Positions 20,357 to 31,200 of a stretch of 64,000 nt of DNA are shown in pieces. The stretch spans positions 93,135 through 157,134 of the forward strand of contig CAJUEY010000001.1 in assembly GCA_910585825.1 (NCBI GenBank). The letters run 5' to 3'. The DNA is from an uncultured Lachnospiraceae bacterium. GTDB lineage: Bacteria > Bacillota > Clostridia > Lachnospirales > Lachnospiraceae. The stretch's first letter is position 1. The number at the start of each line of letters is the position of its first letter. Made by a program: the position numbers and the translations under genes. The notes beneath the pieces were generated by a model, which searched no databases, had not been told where the DNA came from, and worked only from the letters and a program-made list of their open reading frames with translations.

Positions 20357-21268
20357 CTAATATTTTGTCCAGCCTGTTACGCTGTAGGAAGTATATCCAA
20401 ATAATTTGTCGTGGAATAATACTGCAAGGGTTTGTGTTTTCCAGTCTTTGGCAACCAGACCTTCAAAATATTTTTCGTTTGTATGGTATCTGGTATCTGT
20501 TACAACATATTTATAACCTTTATAGGTTGTTTTGTGTGCAGAGTCTTTTGTATCGATTAGTTTCCATTTAAATGTGATTATTTTGCAGGCGACAGTTGTT
20601 GTTAACGGTTTTTTTATTGCTCCGCCTGTTACTGATATACCAGCAGCAATAAGGAGTCTGGTTATATACGAGGTTCCTGCAGGAGCTGCTAGTTCAGTTA
20701 CGGAAACTAAAATAGTAACTAAGTCGACAATTTTGCCTTTATATTTGTTAATCGTATAAGTGCCAGTACCGGTAGATTTTGTATATGAACATTTCATACT
20801 GTAATTGATCAGACCAGTATCTATTGCAGCGCGGTAATTAATTCTCCCTTTTTTTGTTTCCGTGGATGTTTTTGCCAGTGGCATAATAGAGGCTTCGTTT
20901 GATTCACAGTTTTCTGCTTTGGTAATATAATCACTGGGATGAATGATATCTGTCGTTCTGCATCTATTGTTTTGTATTTCAGTTGATTTAAAATATTCAC
21001 GGATAACGATATCATCCTGACCGTATGGCAGCGTGTTTTTTTGTGTCAGTATACCGTTTACATATTCTAAGAATATTCTGTCGCCTGTTTCGGTTTCATA
21101 ATAATCAATTCTTGTATTGCCAAAGCTGCAGCTTCCTTCATTTTCGGTGATGTTCTTTTTTTCTTTTTCTGTTGATATATTGTTTGTAGAAGCAAAAACA
21201 GAGGCTGAGGAACTGCACAAAAAAGATACTGTAAGTAATAAACTTATAATTTTTTTAAATTGTATCAT
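20357..21268 (-). CDS. Secreted hypothetical protein (AT-rich islet)
   Basis: Sec signal peptide MIQFKK...ASVFA; RBS AAAGGAG; basic C-terminal half with a hydrophobic hairpin. Confidence 0.75.
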   Translation of the reverse strand: MIQFKKIISLLLTVSFLCSSSASVFASTNNISTEKEKKNITENEGSCSFGNTRIDYYETETGDRIFLEYVNGILTQKNTLPYGQDDIVIREYFKSTEIQNNRCRTTDIIHPSDYITKAENCESNEASIMPLAKTSTETKKGRINYRAAIDTGLINYSMKCSYTKSTGTGTYTINKYKGKIVDLVTILVSVTELAAPAGTSYITRLLIAAGISVTGGAIKKPLTTTVACKIITFKWKLIDTKDSAHKTTYKGYKYVVTDTRYHTNEKYFEGLVAKDWKTQTLAVLFHDKLFGYTSYSVTGWTKY

Positions 21269-21381
21269 AAGAATCTCCTTTCGTTCAGTTGATAATTTTG
21301 AATGATATTGTATTTTTTAGTAGTCCTTTACGTTGGTTTAGTATGTTTCTGATAATATTATACATGTGCAATACATAAATT

Positions 21382-21410
21382 ACATTAGCATACACAAATT
21401 GGATTGTCAA
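21382..21410 (-). promoter_or_regulatory. Sigma-A promoter of the islet
   Basis: Minus strand TTGACA-N17-TAATGT with TG extension. Confidence 0.55.
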
Positions 21411-21709
21411 TGCTAAAAATCTCAATATTGCATTTTATAGACAATGAAAGTTTTTACATAATATATTTGCCTGTAAGATAAATCAGATTTTATTTAACAT
21501 AAAAAACTTTTACAGACAGGGTTATTGCATTTCTGGTTTTGAAGGTTTTTGCCTTGCTGAAAATGAATTGCCTGATTTATAGAGACGAATATGAAAGAAC
21601 ACGAATATGATTTGACTGGAAGAAGTCTAAATGCAAGAAGAAACTGTATTTTAAGTATTCGATGGTCTTCAGGATTTTTAGAAAAAAATTGAAAAAACAG
21701 TGAAAAATC

Positions 21710-21738
21710 TTGCGGCATACCGAAAAAAGCACTATAAT
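21710..21738 (+). promoter_or_regulatory. Sigma-A promoter of the prsA-like gene
   Basis: TTGCGG-N17-TATAAT. Confidence 0.6.
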
Positions 21739-21787
21739 AGAAAAAGCGACCAGTCGAGAAGACTGGAATGGATTGTAGGAGGAACAT

Positions 21788-22930
21788 ATGAAAAGTAAAA
21801 AAATAGCGACACTGCTGTGCGCCACAGCGGCGTTAATGGGGATGACGATAGGCGGATGCGGTAATACGATCAACGACAATGCAGTATTTGCGACATTAGA
21901 TGATACAACAATTACAATGGGAGTTGCGAACTTCTTTGCGAAATATCAGCAGGCAGTATATGATTCTTATTATCTGTCTTATTTCGGCGAAGATATGTGG
22001 AATAATGATCTGTACGGCAATGGAAATACATTGACGCAGGATGTGAAAGAAGAAGTTGCAGAAAATCTTCAGGAGATGTACCTGTTAAAGGCGCATATGG
22101 AGAAATACGATATTTCCATAAGCGAGGATGAGGAAACGGCAATTGCAAAAGCAGCAGATGAATTTATTGCATCCAATTCCAAAGAGGCGATTAAACAAAT
22201 CGGCGCAGAGAATAAAGAAAATGTTATGGAAATGCTTCGCTTGAATACGATTCAAACGAAAATGCATGAGCGGATTATTCAGGATGCGGATATAGAAGTG
22301 ACAGACGAAGAAGCGGCGCAGAGGACATTTAGTTATCTGTATATCGATTCTACCGGATATACGGATGAGGAGTCCAATCGTGTGGAATATACGGAAGATG
22401 AAAAAGCAGGTTTGAAGGCGGCGGCAGAATTAGTTGCTGCAGCAGAGGATTTTGATACCGCAGTAACAGATGCGGGATATACGGCAAGCACACTTTCTTA
22501 CGGCTCGGCGGAAGACGAAGATGCTACCTTGGATAAGGCTGTTTTAGAGGCGGCAGACAAGCTGAAAGAGGGCGAAGTTTCCGAGGTTATTGAAACAGAC
22601 AGCGCTTATTATGTAGTGCGTTTGGACAGCGAACATGATGAAAAGGCAACTGCTGCTAAGAAGGAAGAGCTGATTTCCGAAAAAGAAGAAGCTTATTATG
22701 ATGATGTCTTAGCCGGATGGAAAGAGGAATCTTCCTGGGAAATTAATGAAGACGAATGGGCAAAAGTAACATTTGAAGATCATTTTGCAGCGCCTCAGGC
22801 AGAAGACACAGAAGTACCGGAAGAGGAAACTACGCCGCAGGCTCCGCAGGAGGATACGGAAACTGAGGAAACTACACCGCAGGCTCCGCAGGAGGACACG
22901 GAAGCTGTCGAAGGAACAGAAGCAGAATAA
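21788..22930 (+). CDS. PrsA-like peptidyl-prolyl isomerase lipoprotein
   Basis: Lipobox IGGC; LKEGEVSEVIET..YYVV parvulin-type motif; follows mfd as in other Clostridia. Confidence 0.8.
   Translation: MKSKKIATLLCATAALMGMTIGGCGNTINDNAVFATLDDTTITMGVANFFAKYQQAVYDSYYLSYFGEDMWNNDLYGNGNTLTQDVKEEVAENLQEMYLLKAHMEKYDISISEDEETAIAKAADEFIASNSKEAIKQIGAENKENVMEMLRLNTIQTKMHERIIQDADIEVTDEEAAQRTFSYLYIDSTGYTDEESNRVEYTEDEKAGLKAAAELVAAAEDFDTAVTDAGYTASTLSYGSAEDEDATLDKAVLEAADKLKEGEVSEVIETDSAYYVVRLDSEHDEKATAAKKEELISEKEEAYYDDVLAGWKEESSWEINEDEWAKVTFEDHFAAPQAEDTEVPEEETTPQAPQEDTETEETTPQAPQEDTEAVEGTEAE
22823..22906 (+). repeat. 42-bp coding tandem duplication (EETTPQAPQEDTE)
   Basis: Two near-identical copies at 22823 and 22865. 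Confidence 0.85.
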
Positions 22931-23072
22931 CAGAATCAGAAATTATATGCTGTATGCGGGGATAACAGAATATCTTCGCGTGCAGCATTTTTTATCTCAT
23001 GAGAAGTCGTTCTTGACTTATAGAATAAAAAATGCTGCACATGGAAATAAAATCTTTACAAGGAGAAAGACT

Positions 23073-24878
23073 GTGAGACGATTATTGGTTTATTTAAAAG
23101 CTTATAAAAAAGAATGTGTTCTTGCGCCCCTGTTTAAGATGTTAGAGGCAGTTTTTGAACTATTTGTACCCCTTGTGATGGCGGCAATCATAGATGTGGG
23201 AATTGCAGAGAAAGATATTTCCTACATTATTAGAATGTGCATGGTTATGGTGGCGTTAGGACTGGTGGGGCTTATTTGTTCTGTAACGGCGCAGTATTTT
23301 TCTGCAAAAGCGGCGGCGGGATTTGGAACGAACGTGCGGCATGCATTGTTTGACCATATTCAGAAATTTTCTTTTAGCAGTCTGGACAGAATCGGAACCT
23401 CTACGCTGATTACACGGATGACCAGTGATATCAATCAGGCGCAGAACGGAGTGAACATGGTTCTACGGCTGTTTTTAAGATCTCCGTTTGTTGTGGTGGG
23501 AGCAATGGTCATGGCGTTCACCATAGATGTAAAGTCGGCTCTTCTTTTTGTCGTTACGATACCGCTGCTGTCCGTTGTGGTATTTGGAGTGATGTATGTC
23601 TGCATTCCTTTGTATAAAAAAGTGCAGAGCCGGTTGGACGCAGTGACGCTTCATACCAGAGAAAATCTTACCGGAGTGCGGGTAATCCGCGCTTTTCATC
23701 TGGAACAAAAAGAAGAAAAAGAATTTCAGGAAAAAAATCAGGAGCTTGCCAAAATGCAGATGTTTGTGGGCAGAATCTCCGGACTGATGAATCCTGTCAC
23801 CTATGTGGTGATCAATGGAATAACGGCATATCTGCTTTATGTAGGAGCTCTGCAGGTAGACCATGGGATCATTACCCAGGGAGAAGTCGTCGCCCTGGTA
23901 AATTATATGGGGCAGATTTTGGTGGAGCTGATTAAGTTTGCCAATCTGATTGTTACAGTGACGAAGGGCATCGCCTGCGGCAACCGGATTGCAGGCGTGT
24001 TAGAGCTGCCGGAGGGAGAACGGGAAATTTCATATGCCCATACAGAGGATGCACCGCAGACAGAAAATGAAATGGTATCATTTTCTCATGTGGGGCTGAC
24101 CTATGAACAGGCGGGGGCTGAGTCCCTGACAGATATCACTTTTACTGCCAAAAAGGGGGAAACCATAGGCGTGATTGGCGGTACCGGTTCAGGAAAAAGC
24201 TCTCTGGTTCATCTGATTCCCGGATTTTACCCTCATACCAGCGGAAACATCCGAATTGACGGAAAAAACATAGAAGAATACACAAAAGAAGAACTGCGGC
24301 AAAAAGTAGGAATTGTAATGCAGAAAGCAGTTTTGTTTAAAGGCAGCATTCGGGAAAATCTGCTTTGGGGAAATCTTAAGGCAGATGATAAGGAGCTGAA
24401 AGAGGCGCTTCAGACAGCCCGGGCATGGGAAGTTGTGGAAGGGAAAGAAGGCGGTCTGTCAGCACAGGTGGCCCAGGGTGGAAAGAATTTTTCCGGAGGG
24501 CAGAAACAGAGGCTGACGATTGCCAGGGCGCTGGTGCGAAAGCCGGAGATTCTGATTTTGGATGACAGCGCGTCGGCCCTGGATTATGCAACAGACGCCG
24601 CCCTGCGGAGGGCCATTGCCGGAATGAAAGAACAGCCGACGGTATTTATCGTATCCCAAAGAGCATCTTCCATTCAATATGCAGATCAGATTCTGGTGCT
24701 TGACGACGGAGAACTGGCGGGTATTGGAACTCATGAAACACTGCTGAAAAGCTGCAGTGTATATCAGGAAATTTACTATTCACAGTTTCCGGAAAAAAGA
24801 ACGGTAAGGAGGAGCGCTTATGACGGAAAAAAAAGACAGCCAGACGACGATTTTGAAAAAACTGTTTCGATATATTAA
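23073..24878 (+). CDS. Heterodimeric ABC exporter subunit 1 (TMD+NBD)
   Basis: GTG start after AGGAG; GGTGSGKS, FSGGQKQR, degenerate Walker B LDDS. Confidence 0.9.
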   Translation: MRRLLVYLKAYKKECVLAPLFKMLEAVFELFVPLVMAAIIDVGIAEKDISYIIRMCMVMVALGLVGLICSVTAQYFSAKAAAGFGTNVRHALFDHIQKFSFSSLDRIGTSTLITRMTSDINQAQNGVNMVLRLFLRSPFVVVGAMVMAFTIDVKSALLFVVTIPLLSVVVFGVMYVCIPLYKKVQSRLDAVTLHTRENLTGVRVIRAFHLEQKEEKEFQEKNQELAKMQMFVGRISGLMNPVTYVVINGITAYLLYVGALQVDHGIITQGEVVALVNYMGQILVELIKFANLIVTVTKGIACGNRIAGVLELPEGEREISYAHTEDAPQTENEMVSFSHVGLTYEQAGAESLTDITFTAKKGETIGVIGGTGSGKSSLVHLIPGFYPHTSGNIRIDGKNIEEYTKEELRQKVGIVMQKAVLFKGSIRENLLWGNLKADDKELKEALQTARAWEVVEGKEGGLSAQVAQGGKNFSGGQKQRLTIARALVRKPEILILDDSASALDYATDAALRRAIAGMKEQPTVFIVSQRASSIQYADQILVLDDGELAGIGTHETLLKSCSVYQEIYYSQFPEKRTVRRSAYDGKKRQPDDDFEKTVSIY

Positions 24879-26577
24879 AAAATATATGTTTCTTATCATC
24901 CTGTCCCTTTTGTTTGCCGCAGTATCCTCTGTTTTGGCTTTGTATGTGCCGATTCTGACGGGCCGTGCCATTGACGGTATCATAGGAAAAAACAATGTGG
25001 ATTTTGCGGGCATTTTTGCAGTGATTCGCCGGATGATTCTTGTTGTGGCGATTACAGCGGCGGCCCAGTGGTTTATGAATATCTGCAACAACCGGATTAC
25101 CTATCAGATTGTACGGGATCTTCGGGAAGATGCATTTGCCAAAATCGAGATCCTTCCGCTGAAATACCTGGATGCGCATTCTCATGGAGAATTGGTAAGC
25201 CGTATCATTGCAGATGCAGATCAGGTGGCAGAAGGGCTTTTGATGGGATTTACCCAATTGTTCACAGGGGTGATTACAATTTTGGGCACACTTTGTTTTA
25301 TGGTGGGCATTCAGTATAAAATTGCCATTGTAGTCATCTGCATTACGCCGGCGTCCCTTTTTGCAGCGGCTTTTATTGCAAAACGGACATTTACCATGTT
25401 CAAAATGCAGTCGGAAACAAGAGGGGAACAGACGGCTCTTGTGGAAGAGATGGTTGCCAATCAGAAAGTAGTGCAGGCTTTTGGGCGGGAGGAAGAAGTG
25501 ATGCGCCGCTTTGATGAGATCAACAGCCGATTGCAGACATGTTCCTTAAAGGCGACATTTTTTTCCTCTCTGACCAATCCGTGTACCCGGTTTGTCAACA
25601 GCCTGGTTTATACAGGCGTGGGGATTTTTGGAGCTTTATCTGCAGTCGGCGGAGGGATCAGCGTCGGACAGCTTGCCAGCTTTTTAAGCTATGCCAATCA
25701 ATATACAAAACCTTTTAATGAAATTTCAGGGGTTGTGACAGAATTGCAGAATGCCCTGGCCTGCGCCGGAAGACTGCTGGAATTGATTTGCGAAACCCCT
25801 CAGAAAAAAGAAGATACAGATGCTGTTGTATTAAAAGACGCCAAAGGCAGCGTCGCTTTAGAGCGGGTGGATTTTTCCTATACAAAAGAACAGCCATTGA
25901 TTGAAAATTTCAATCTGCAGGTAATGCCGGGACAGCGGGCGGCCATTGTCGGCCCTACCGGCTGCGGCAAGACAACGCTGATCAATCTTTTGATGCGGTT
26001 TTATGATGTGGATGGAGGATGCATCCGGGTGGATGGAGAAGATATCCGTCATTTGACCAGAAAAAGCCTTCGTACTTCCTATGGCATGGTGCTGCAGGAG
26101 ACGTGGCTTAGAGAAGGCACTATATTGGAAAATATTCGTATGGGGGCGGAGGATGCCTCCAGAGAAGAGGTAATTGGAGCTGCAAAGGCATCCCATGCCC
26201 ACAGTTTTATTAAGCGGCTGCCGAAGGGATACGATACAAGGATTACCGAAGAGGGAGGAGGGCTGTCCCAGGGGCAAAAACAGCTTTTGTGCATTGCCAG
26301 AGTCATGTTGTCCCTGCCGCCCATGCTGATTTTGGATGAGGCGACCTCTTCCATTGATACTCGTACAGAACAGAAGATTCAGCAGGCATTTGCCAAAATG
26401 ATGGAGGGAAGAACCAGTTTTATCGTAGCGCACCGTCTTTCCACCGTCAAAGAGGCGGATATTATTCTTGTTATGAAAGACGGACATATTTTAGAACAGG
26501 GAAATCACGAATCGCTGTTAGAAAGACAGGGCTTTTATGCGGAGCTTTACAACAGCCAGTTCATTCAGTCGGAATAA
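24820..26577 (+). CDS. Heterodimeric ABC exporter subunit 2 (TMD+NBD)
   Basis: GPTGCGKTT, LSQGQKQ, LDEATSS, AHRLST. Confidence 0.92.
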   Translation: MTEKKDSQTTILKKLFRYIKKYMFLIILSLLFAAVSSVLALYVPILTGRAIDGIIGKNNVDFAGIFAVIRRMILVVAITAAAQWFMNICNNRITYQIVRDLREDAFAKIEILPLKYLDAHSHGELVSRIIADADQVAEGLLMGFTQLFTGVITILGTLCFMVGIQYKIAIVVICITPASLFAAAFIAKRTFTMFKMQSETRGEQTALVEEMVANQKVVQAFGREEEVMRRFDEINSRLQTCSLKATFFSSLTNPCTRFVNSLVYTGVGIFGALSAVGGGISVGQLASFLSYANQYTKPFNEISGVVTELQNALACAGRLLELICETPQKKEDTDAVVLKDAKGSVALERVDFSYTKEQPLIENFNLQVMPGQRAAIVGPTGCGKTTLINLLMRFYDVDGGCIRVDGEDIRHLTRKSLRTSYGMVLQETWLREGTILENIRMGAEDASREEVIGAAKASHAHSFIKRLPKGYDTRITEEGGGLSQGQKQLLCIARVMLSLPPMLILDEATSSIDTRTEQKIQQAFAKMMEGRTSFIVAHRLSTVKEADIILVMKDGHILEQGNHESLLERQGFYAELYNSQFIQSE

Positions 26578-26758
26578 AAATCATCCGTATTGCATGAAAC
26601 GGAGTATGTTATGAGTGATTTTGCAGATACTGTAACAAAAGAGGCGGAAACGAATATAATATATGTAACAAAAGGGGGCTGCCGTATGGTAAATTTACCA
26701 AAAAGCAGCATAGTAAATATTACCAAAATGTTAAACTTGTTACATATGTAGAAAAATC

Positions 26759-26788
26759 TTGACAAAGGAAAGTCTATGTCACTATAAT
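26759..26788 (+). promoter_or_regulatory. Sigma-A promoter of murA
   Basis: TTGACA-N18-TATAAT. Confidence 0.7.
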
Positions 26789-26862
26789 TATTATTTGTAT
26801 TAAAGATTAAAAGAATATGAAAAAGCGAAATTGCAATTGATTGTTGAACATAGAGGTGCGAT

Positions 26863-28155
26863 ATGGAACAGTATATTATTAAAGGCGGGAATCCACTGGT
26901 CGGCGAAGTGGAAATCGGGGGAGCAAAGAATGCTGCGCTCGCTATATTGGCAACGGCTATTATGGCAGATGAAACTGTTACAATAGAAAATCTTCCGAAC
27001 GTAAGAGATATTAATGTAATGCTGGATGCGATTGAGGGAATCGGCGGCAAGGTAGACAGAGTGGATGTGCATACGGCAAAGATCAATGGAGGAATGATCC
27101 GTGATCTCAGCGTAGATTATGAATATATCAAGAAAATCAGGGCGTCTTATTATCTTTTGGGGGCGTTGCTCGGCAAGTACAAAAAAGCAGAAGTGGCGCT
27201 GCCCGGAGGATGCGATATCGGAAGCCGCCCGATTGATCTGCATTTAAAAGGATTTCGTGCATTGGGAGCGAAAGTAGATATCCAGCACGGATTGATTTCG
27301 GCTGAGGCAGAGGAGTTAAAGGGAACGCATATTTATCTGGACAAAGTTTCTGTAGGAGCGACCATCAATATTATGATGGCGGCAGCCATGGCAAAAGGAA
27401 AGACGACCATTGAAAATGCGGCCAAAGAGCCTCATGTGGTAGATGTGGCGAACTGCCTGAACAGTATGGGAGCCAATATCCGCGGCGCGGGAACAGATGT
27501 AATCCGTATATCCGGTGTGGAAAAGCTGCATAAGACGGAGTACTCTATTATTCCGGATCAGATAGAGGCCGGAACATTTATGTTTGTGGCGGCAGCCACA
27601 AAAGGAGACGTTACCGTCAAGAATGTCATTCCCAAGCATTTAGAAGCCATCAGCGCAAAATTAGTGGAGATCGGCTGCGAAGTGAAAGAGCTGGACGATG
27701 CCGTGCGTGTTGTGGCGTCTAAGCCTTTGTATCACACTCAGGTGACAACACTCCCCTATCCGGGATTCCCTACGGATATGCAGCCTCAGATGTCGGTTCT
27801 CCTTGGCATTTCCGAGGGAACCAGTACTGTGACAGAAAGTATTTTTGAGAATCGCTTTAAATATGTAGATGAACTGACGCGCATGGGAGCATCGATTAAA
27901 GTAGAAAGCAATATAGCCATAGTCACCGGCGTTGGAAATTATACGGGGGCGCAGGTCAGCGCGCCGGATCTTCGGGCCGGAGCGGCTCTTGTGATTGCGG
28001 GACTTTCAGCGGAAGGGATTACGATAGTGGATGATATCTACTATATAGAACGGGGCTATGAGAACTTTGACAAAAAGCTGGTGCAGCTGGGCGCACAGAT
28101 TGAAAAAGTGACGACGGAAAAAGAAATAGTAAAATTTAAATTAAAAGTATCATAG
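26863..28155 (+). CDS. murA: UDP-N-acetylglucosamine 1-carboxyvinyltransferase
   Basis: GAKNA, LPGGCDIGSRP, PGFPTDMQ, DLRAGAAL. Confidence 0.96.
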   Translation: MEQYIIKGGNPLVGEVEIGGAKNAALAILATAIMADETVTIENLPNVRDINVMLDAIEGIGGKVDRVDVHTAKINGGMIRDLSVDYEYIKKIRASYYLLGALLGKYKKAEVALPGGCDIGSRPIDLHLKGFRALGAKVDIQHGLISAEAEELKGTHIYLDKVSVGATINIMMAAAMAKGKTTIENAAKEPHVVDVANCLNSMGANIRGAGTDVIRISGVEKLHKTEYSIIPDQIEAGTFMFVAAATKGDVTVKNVIPKHLEAISAKLVEIGCEVKELDDAVRVVASKPLYHTQVTTLPYPGFPTDMQPQMSVLLGISEGTSTVTESIFENRFKYVDELTRMGASIKVESNIAIVTGVGNYTGAQVSAPDLRAGAALVIAGLSAEGITIVDDIYYIERGYENFDKKLVQLGAQIEKVTTEKEIVKFKLKVS

Positions 28156-28166
28156 ATGAAAAGAGA

Positions 28167-28205
28167 ATCCTCTCGGGAACAAAATATTTCCGAGGGGGTT
28201 TTTTT
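28167..28205 (+). terminator. Terminator after murA
   Basis: CCTCTCGGGA..TTCCGAGGGG stem with T tract. Confidence 0.7.
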
Positions 28206-28226
28206 GGGGAAAAATTCTGAATGTTC

Positions 28227-28255
28227 TTGAAATGTGGAAATATCTTTTTTATAAT
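28227..28255 (+). promoter_or_regulatory. Sigma-A promoter of sialidase 1
   Basis: TTGAAA-N17-TATAAT; RBS GGAGG before ATG 28292. Confidence 0.7.
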
Positions 28256-28291
28256 GACCCTACAGGAAAAGATAAAGACAGGAGGTATTCT

Positions 28292-31200
28292 ATGAACTTG
28301 AAAAAAACAGGACAATTGTGGAAAAAGGGTATCGGCATAGGCCTTTCTATATCTATGTTCATGTCCGTTGCCCCGGCAGAAGCTGTTTCGGCGGCGGAAT
28401 ATCCGGCTTCCGTGCCGGTTCTTTCGGAGAAGGTGAAAAGTATACCGGAGGCAAGAAAAGCAGGCAGTATTCCGGCGTCGGAGGATACGCTGACCTATGA
28501 ACAGCCCTTTGCGCCGTTTACCGCGGGGAATGAGAATTTTCGTATACCGACGCTGATTTCTCTGCGAAACAGCGGAGAAGAAGGAGAGCATCTCTTTGCG
28601 TCTGCGGACGCCAGATGGGAAGAGTGGAATGACGGCGGCGGAATCGATTCGATCGCTTCCGTATCAAGCGACGGAGGGCAAACCTGGAATTACAGCTTTC
28701 CGATTTATTTTCCGGACAGCTATGGTTATGCAAGCCGGGCTGCGACAACAGTGATTGATCCCGGCGCGATTGAGGGACCGGACGGAACGATTTATTTTAT
28801 TGCGGACGTGAATCCTACCGGGAGTACGACCATGTATGGAACAGTCGGGCAGGGGACCGGTTATGTAACGGTAAATGGAAAGAGGCGTTTGGCTCTGACT
28901 GATGACTATACAAAGGTAAAGACAAGACCGACAGATACAAATCTGACAGATTATCCGTATTATGTGGATGACTTCAACGAAGAAGGTTATGCAGAGATAT
29001 TGAAGAGGTCAGACGGCGCATCTACAGGCTTTGGCGTGGATGAATGGTATAATATTTACAGTATGGAAGACGGAGTTTATAAGGATAATCTGACACAGCC
29101 TCAGGTGAACCGGGCAGAAGTAGAGGTTCAGCAGAACTGTTTTTACAAGGATTCCAAGTTCCATGTTTATCATATTGATTACATTTGGGTTGTTCAATCC
29201 AAAGACGGCGGCAGGACATGGGAGCATCCAAGGGATATTACAGACCAGATTAAGCGTGAAGACGAATATGCAATTCTGGTTTCGCCGGGCAAGGGCATTG
29301 TGACAAAAGACGGTGAGATTGCCATTGGCCTGTATAGCGCCCAAAACGGGGAACATGCCAGCATGATCTACACGAAAGACGGCGAGACTTGGGAGCGTAC
29401 GGCTGATATTGCGGACGGAAGCTCGGAAGACGAGATTGTAGAATTGGAAGACGGCACATTGCGCATGTTCTATCGGGGCGGTGGCAATGAGATCCGTTAT
29501 GTGGATTTTACGAAAAATGAACAGGGCGGCTATGATGTGGGAACCTATGTGGGCACAGGCGTCAGCGTAAAGAGCAGCATCAATGTATCGGCTGTTTTGT
29601 ACTCCGAAAAGATCAATGGAAAGCAGGCGATTCTGGTGGCCCGCTCCGGCGGAGGCGGCGGATTGACATCAGACAGCCGTTTAAACGGTAAAATTTTCAC
29701 TTTTTTGGTGGATGATGAACAGGATGGCAATCCGATGGAGCTTTATCACACATTTGAAGTTCCGGGCGGCAAAGACGGTTTTGTGTATTCCTGTATGACG
29801 GAGATGAAGGATGGCAGGATAGCGATGCTTTGGGAGCCGAATCATTCCACGCTGTATTTTGATATTTATGATTTTAATGAATTAACAGCCGACTGCGAGG
29901 ATGTAGAACTGAAAATAGGCGAAGAGCCATATACCACGATTTACATAGAAGAGCCGAAGGACTCTGACTGTGGAGATGAAACTGTGATTCAAATGGAAAA
30001 AGAAATAAAGGAAGGCGGTTTTCTGCGGGATCACATCACAAACAGAGAGGCTGATTTAAGCAGTTTTTCCACCCATTTGAATGAAGAGATTCAAATTCAG
30101 GATGCGGAATTTACATTTCAGCAGACAAATACGGCGGGCAGCTGGAATATTTATAATGAATCGACCGGTTTGTATATTCAGAATTCAGATGCGAATGATA
30201 TGTTTACAACGGACGAATACAGCATGACGGTAACAGAAGTTTCGGCAGATGACGGAACGAAAACCTTTAAAATAAAAAACGGCTCCAGACCGGTATTCTT
30301 TTTTGAGAAAAATATGGATTTTAATTCTCAGGGTTCTTCCGCGGGAGACGCGGAGAATCTGGTTTTGTTTGAAAAGAAGGACTCTCAGGGAGAAAATGAT
30401 CTGATTCCGGGATATGCCCGTGCGTCTGAGATAAAAGCCGGCGGAAAATATCTGATCACTTATATTTGGAAGGACGGCAGCATTATTGTGCTGTATCCGG
30501 CGAACGGCAGTACAGAGGCTCATACCAAGCTTGCGGCAGTCGATCCGTCCATTCTTATTATTACCGGAATAAAAGCGGGAAGCACAGTGGCCGTGGTTGA
30601 CGGAAAGACATATAAGATTGCAGTGACAGATCCTCGTGAATTCATCGCGCTGGAAAAAGGAGATACGTATGTGATTCCGACAGAATCTACAGAGGCGGTT
30701 TTGGACGGAGGAGATGCGTTGGAGATTGAAAAAATAGACCGTATCAGAGAAGGTCTGTTTGATCATGTTGCGGATGCGGCGTTTTCTTTGGAAGGCTTTT
30801 CAAAAGAAGCGAATGAAGAGATCGGTCTTTCTGACGCAGAGTTTACATTCCAGGCTTCCGGGGATAACTGGATTGTTTCCCACGGAGATTTGTATCTGTC
30901 AAATCCGGAACGGGCAAACGCCTTTTTCTCAGAAACATCCGCCGCGATAAAAGCGACGGCGGGAAATGGGAATACGTTCCGGCTGTCCAGAGGAGAAGCG
31001 CTGAAGGACACGTCAAACGGCTCCATTAATACGGATAAAACAGGTCAGCCGATCGGGAATCTTGTATTCTATTACAGGGAAATGAATTTCCGTTCCTATG
31101 GAACAGAGACAAAAGAGGGAACAACCCATGGCGCAAGTCCTTATGGACAGCATGGGACCTATAATCTGACGCTGCTTGAAAAACAGGACGGGGAGTCAGA

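Noticed and set aside
22773..23072. N-terminal extension of the 701-aa ABC ORF
   Set aside because: Overlaps prsA out of frame; the RBS supports a GTG start at 23073
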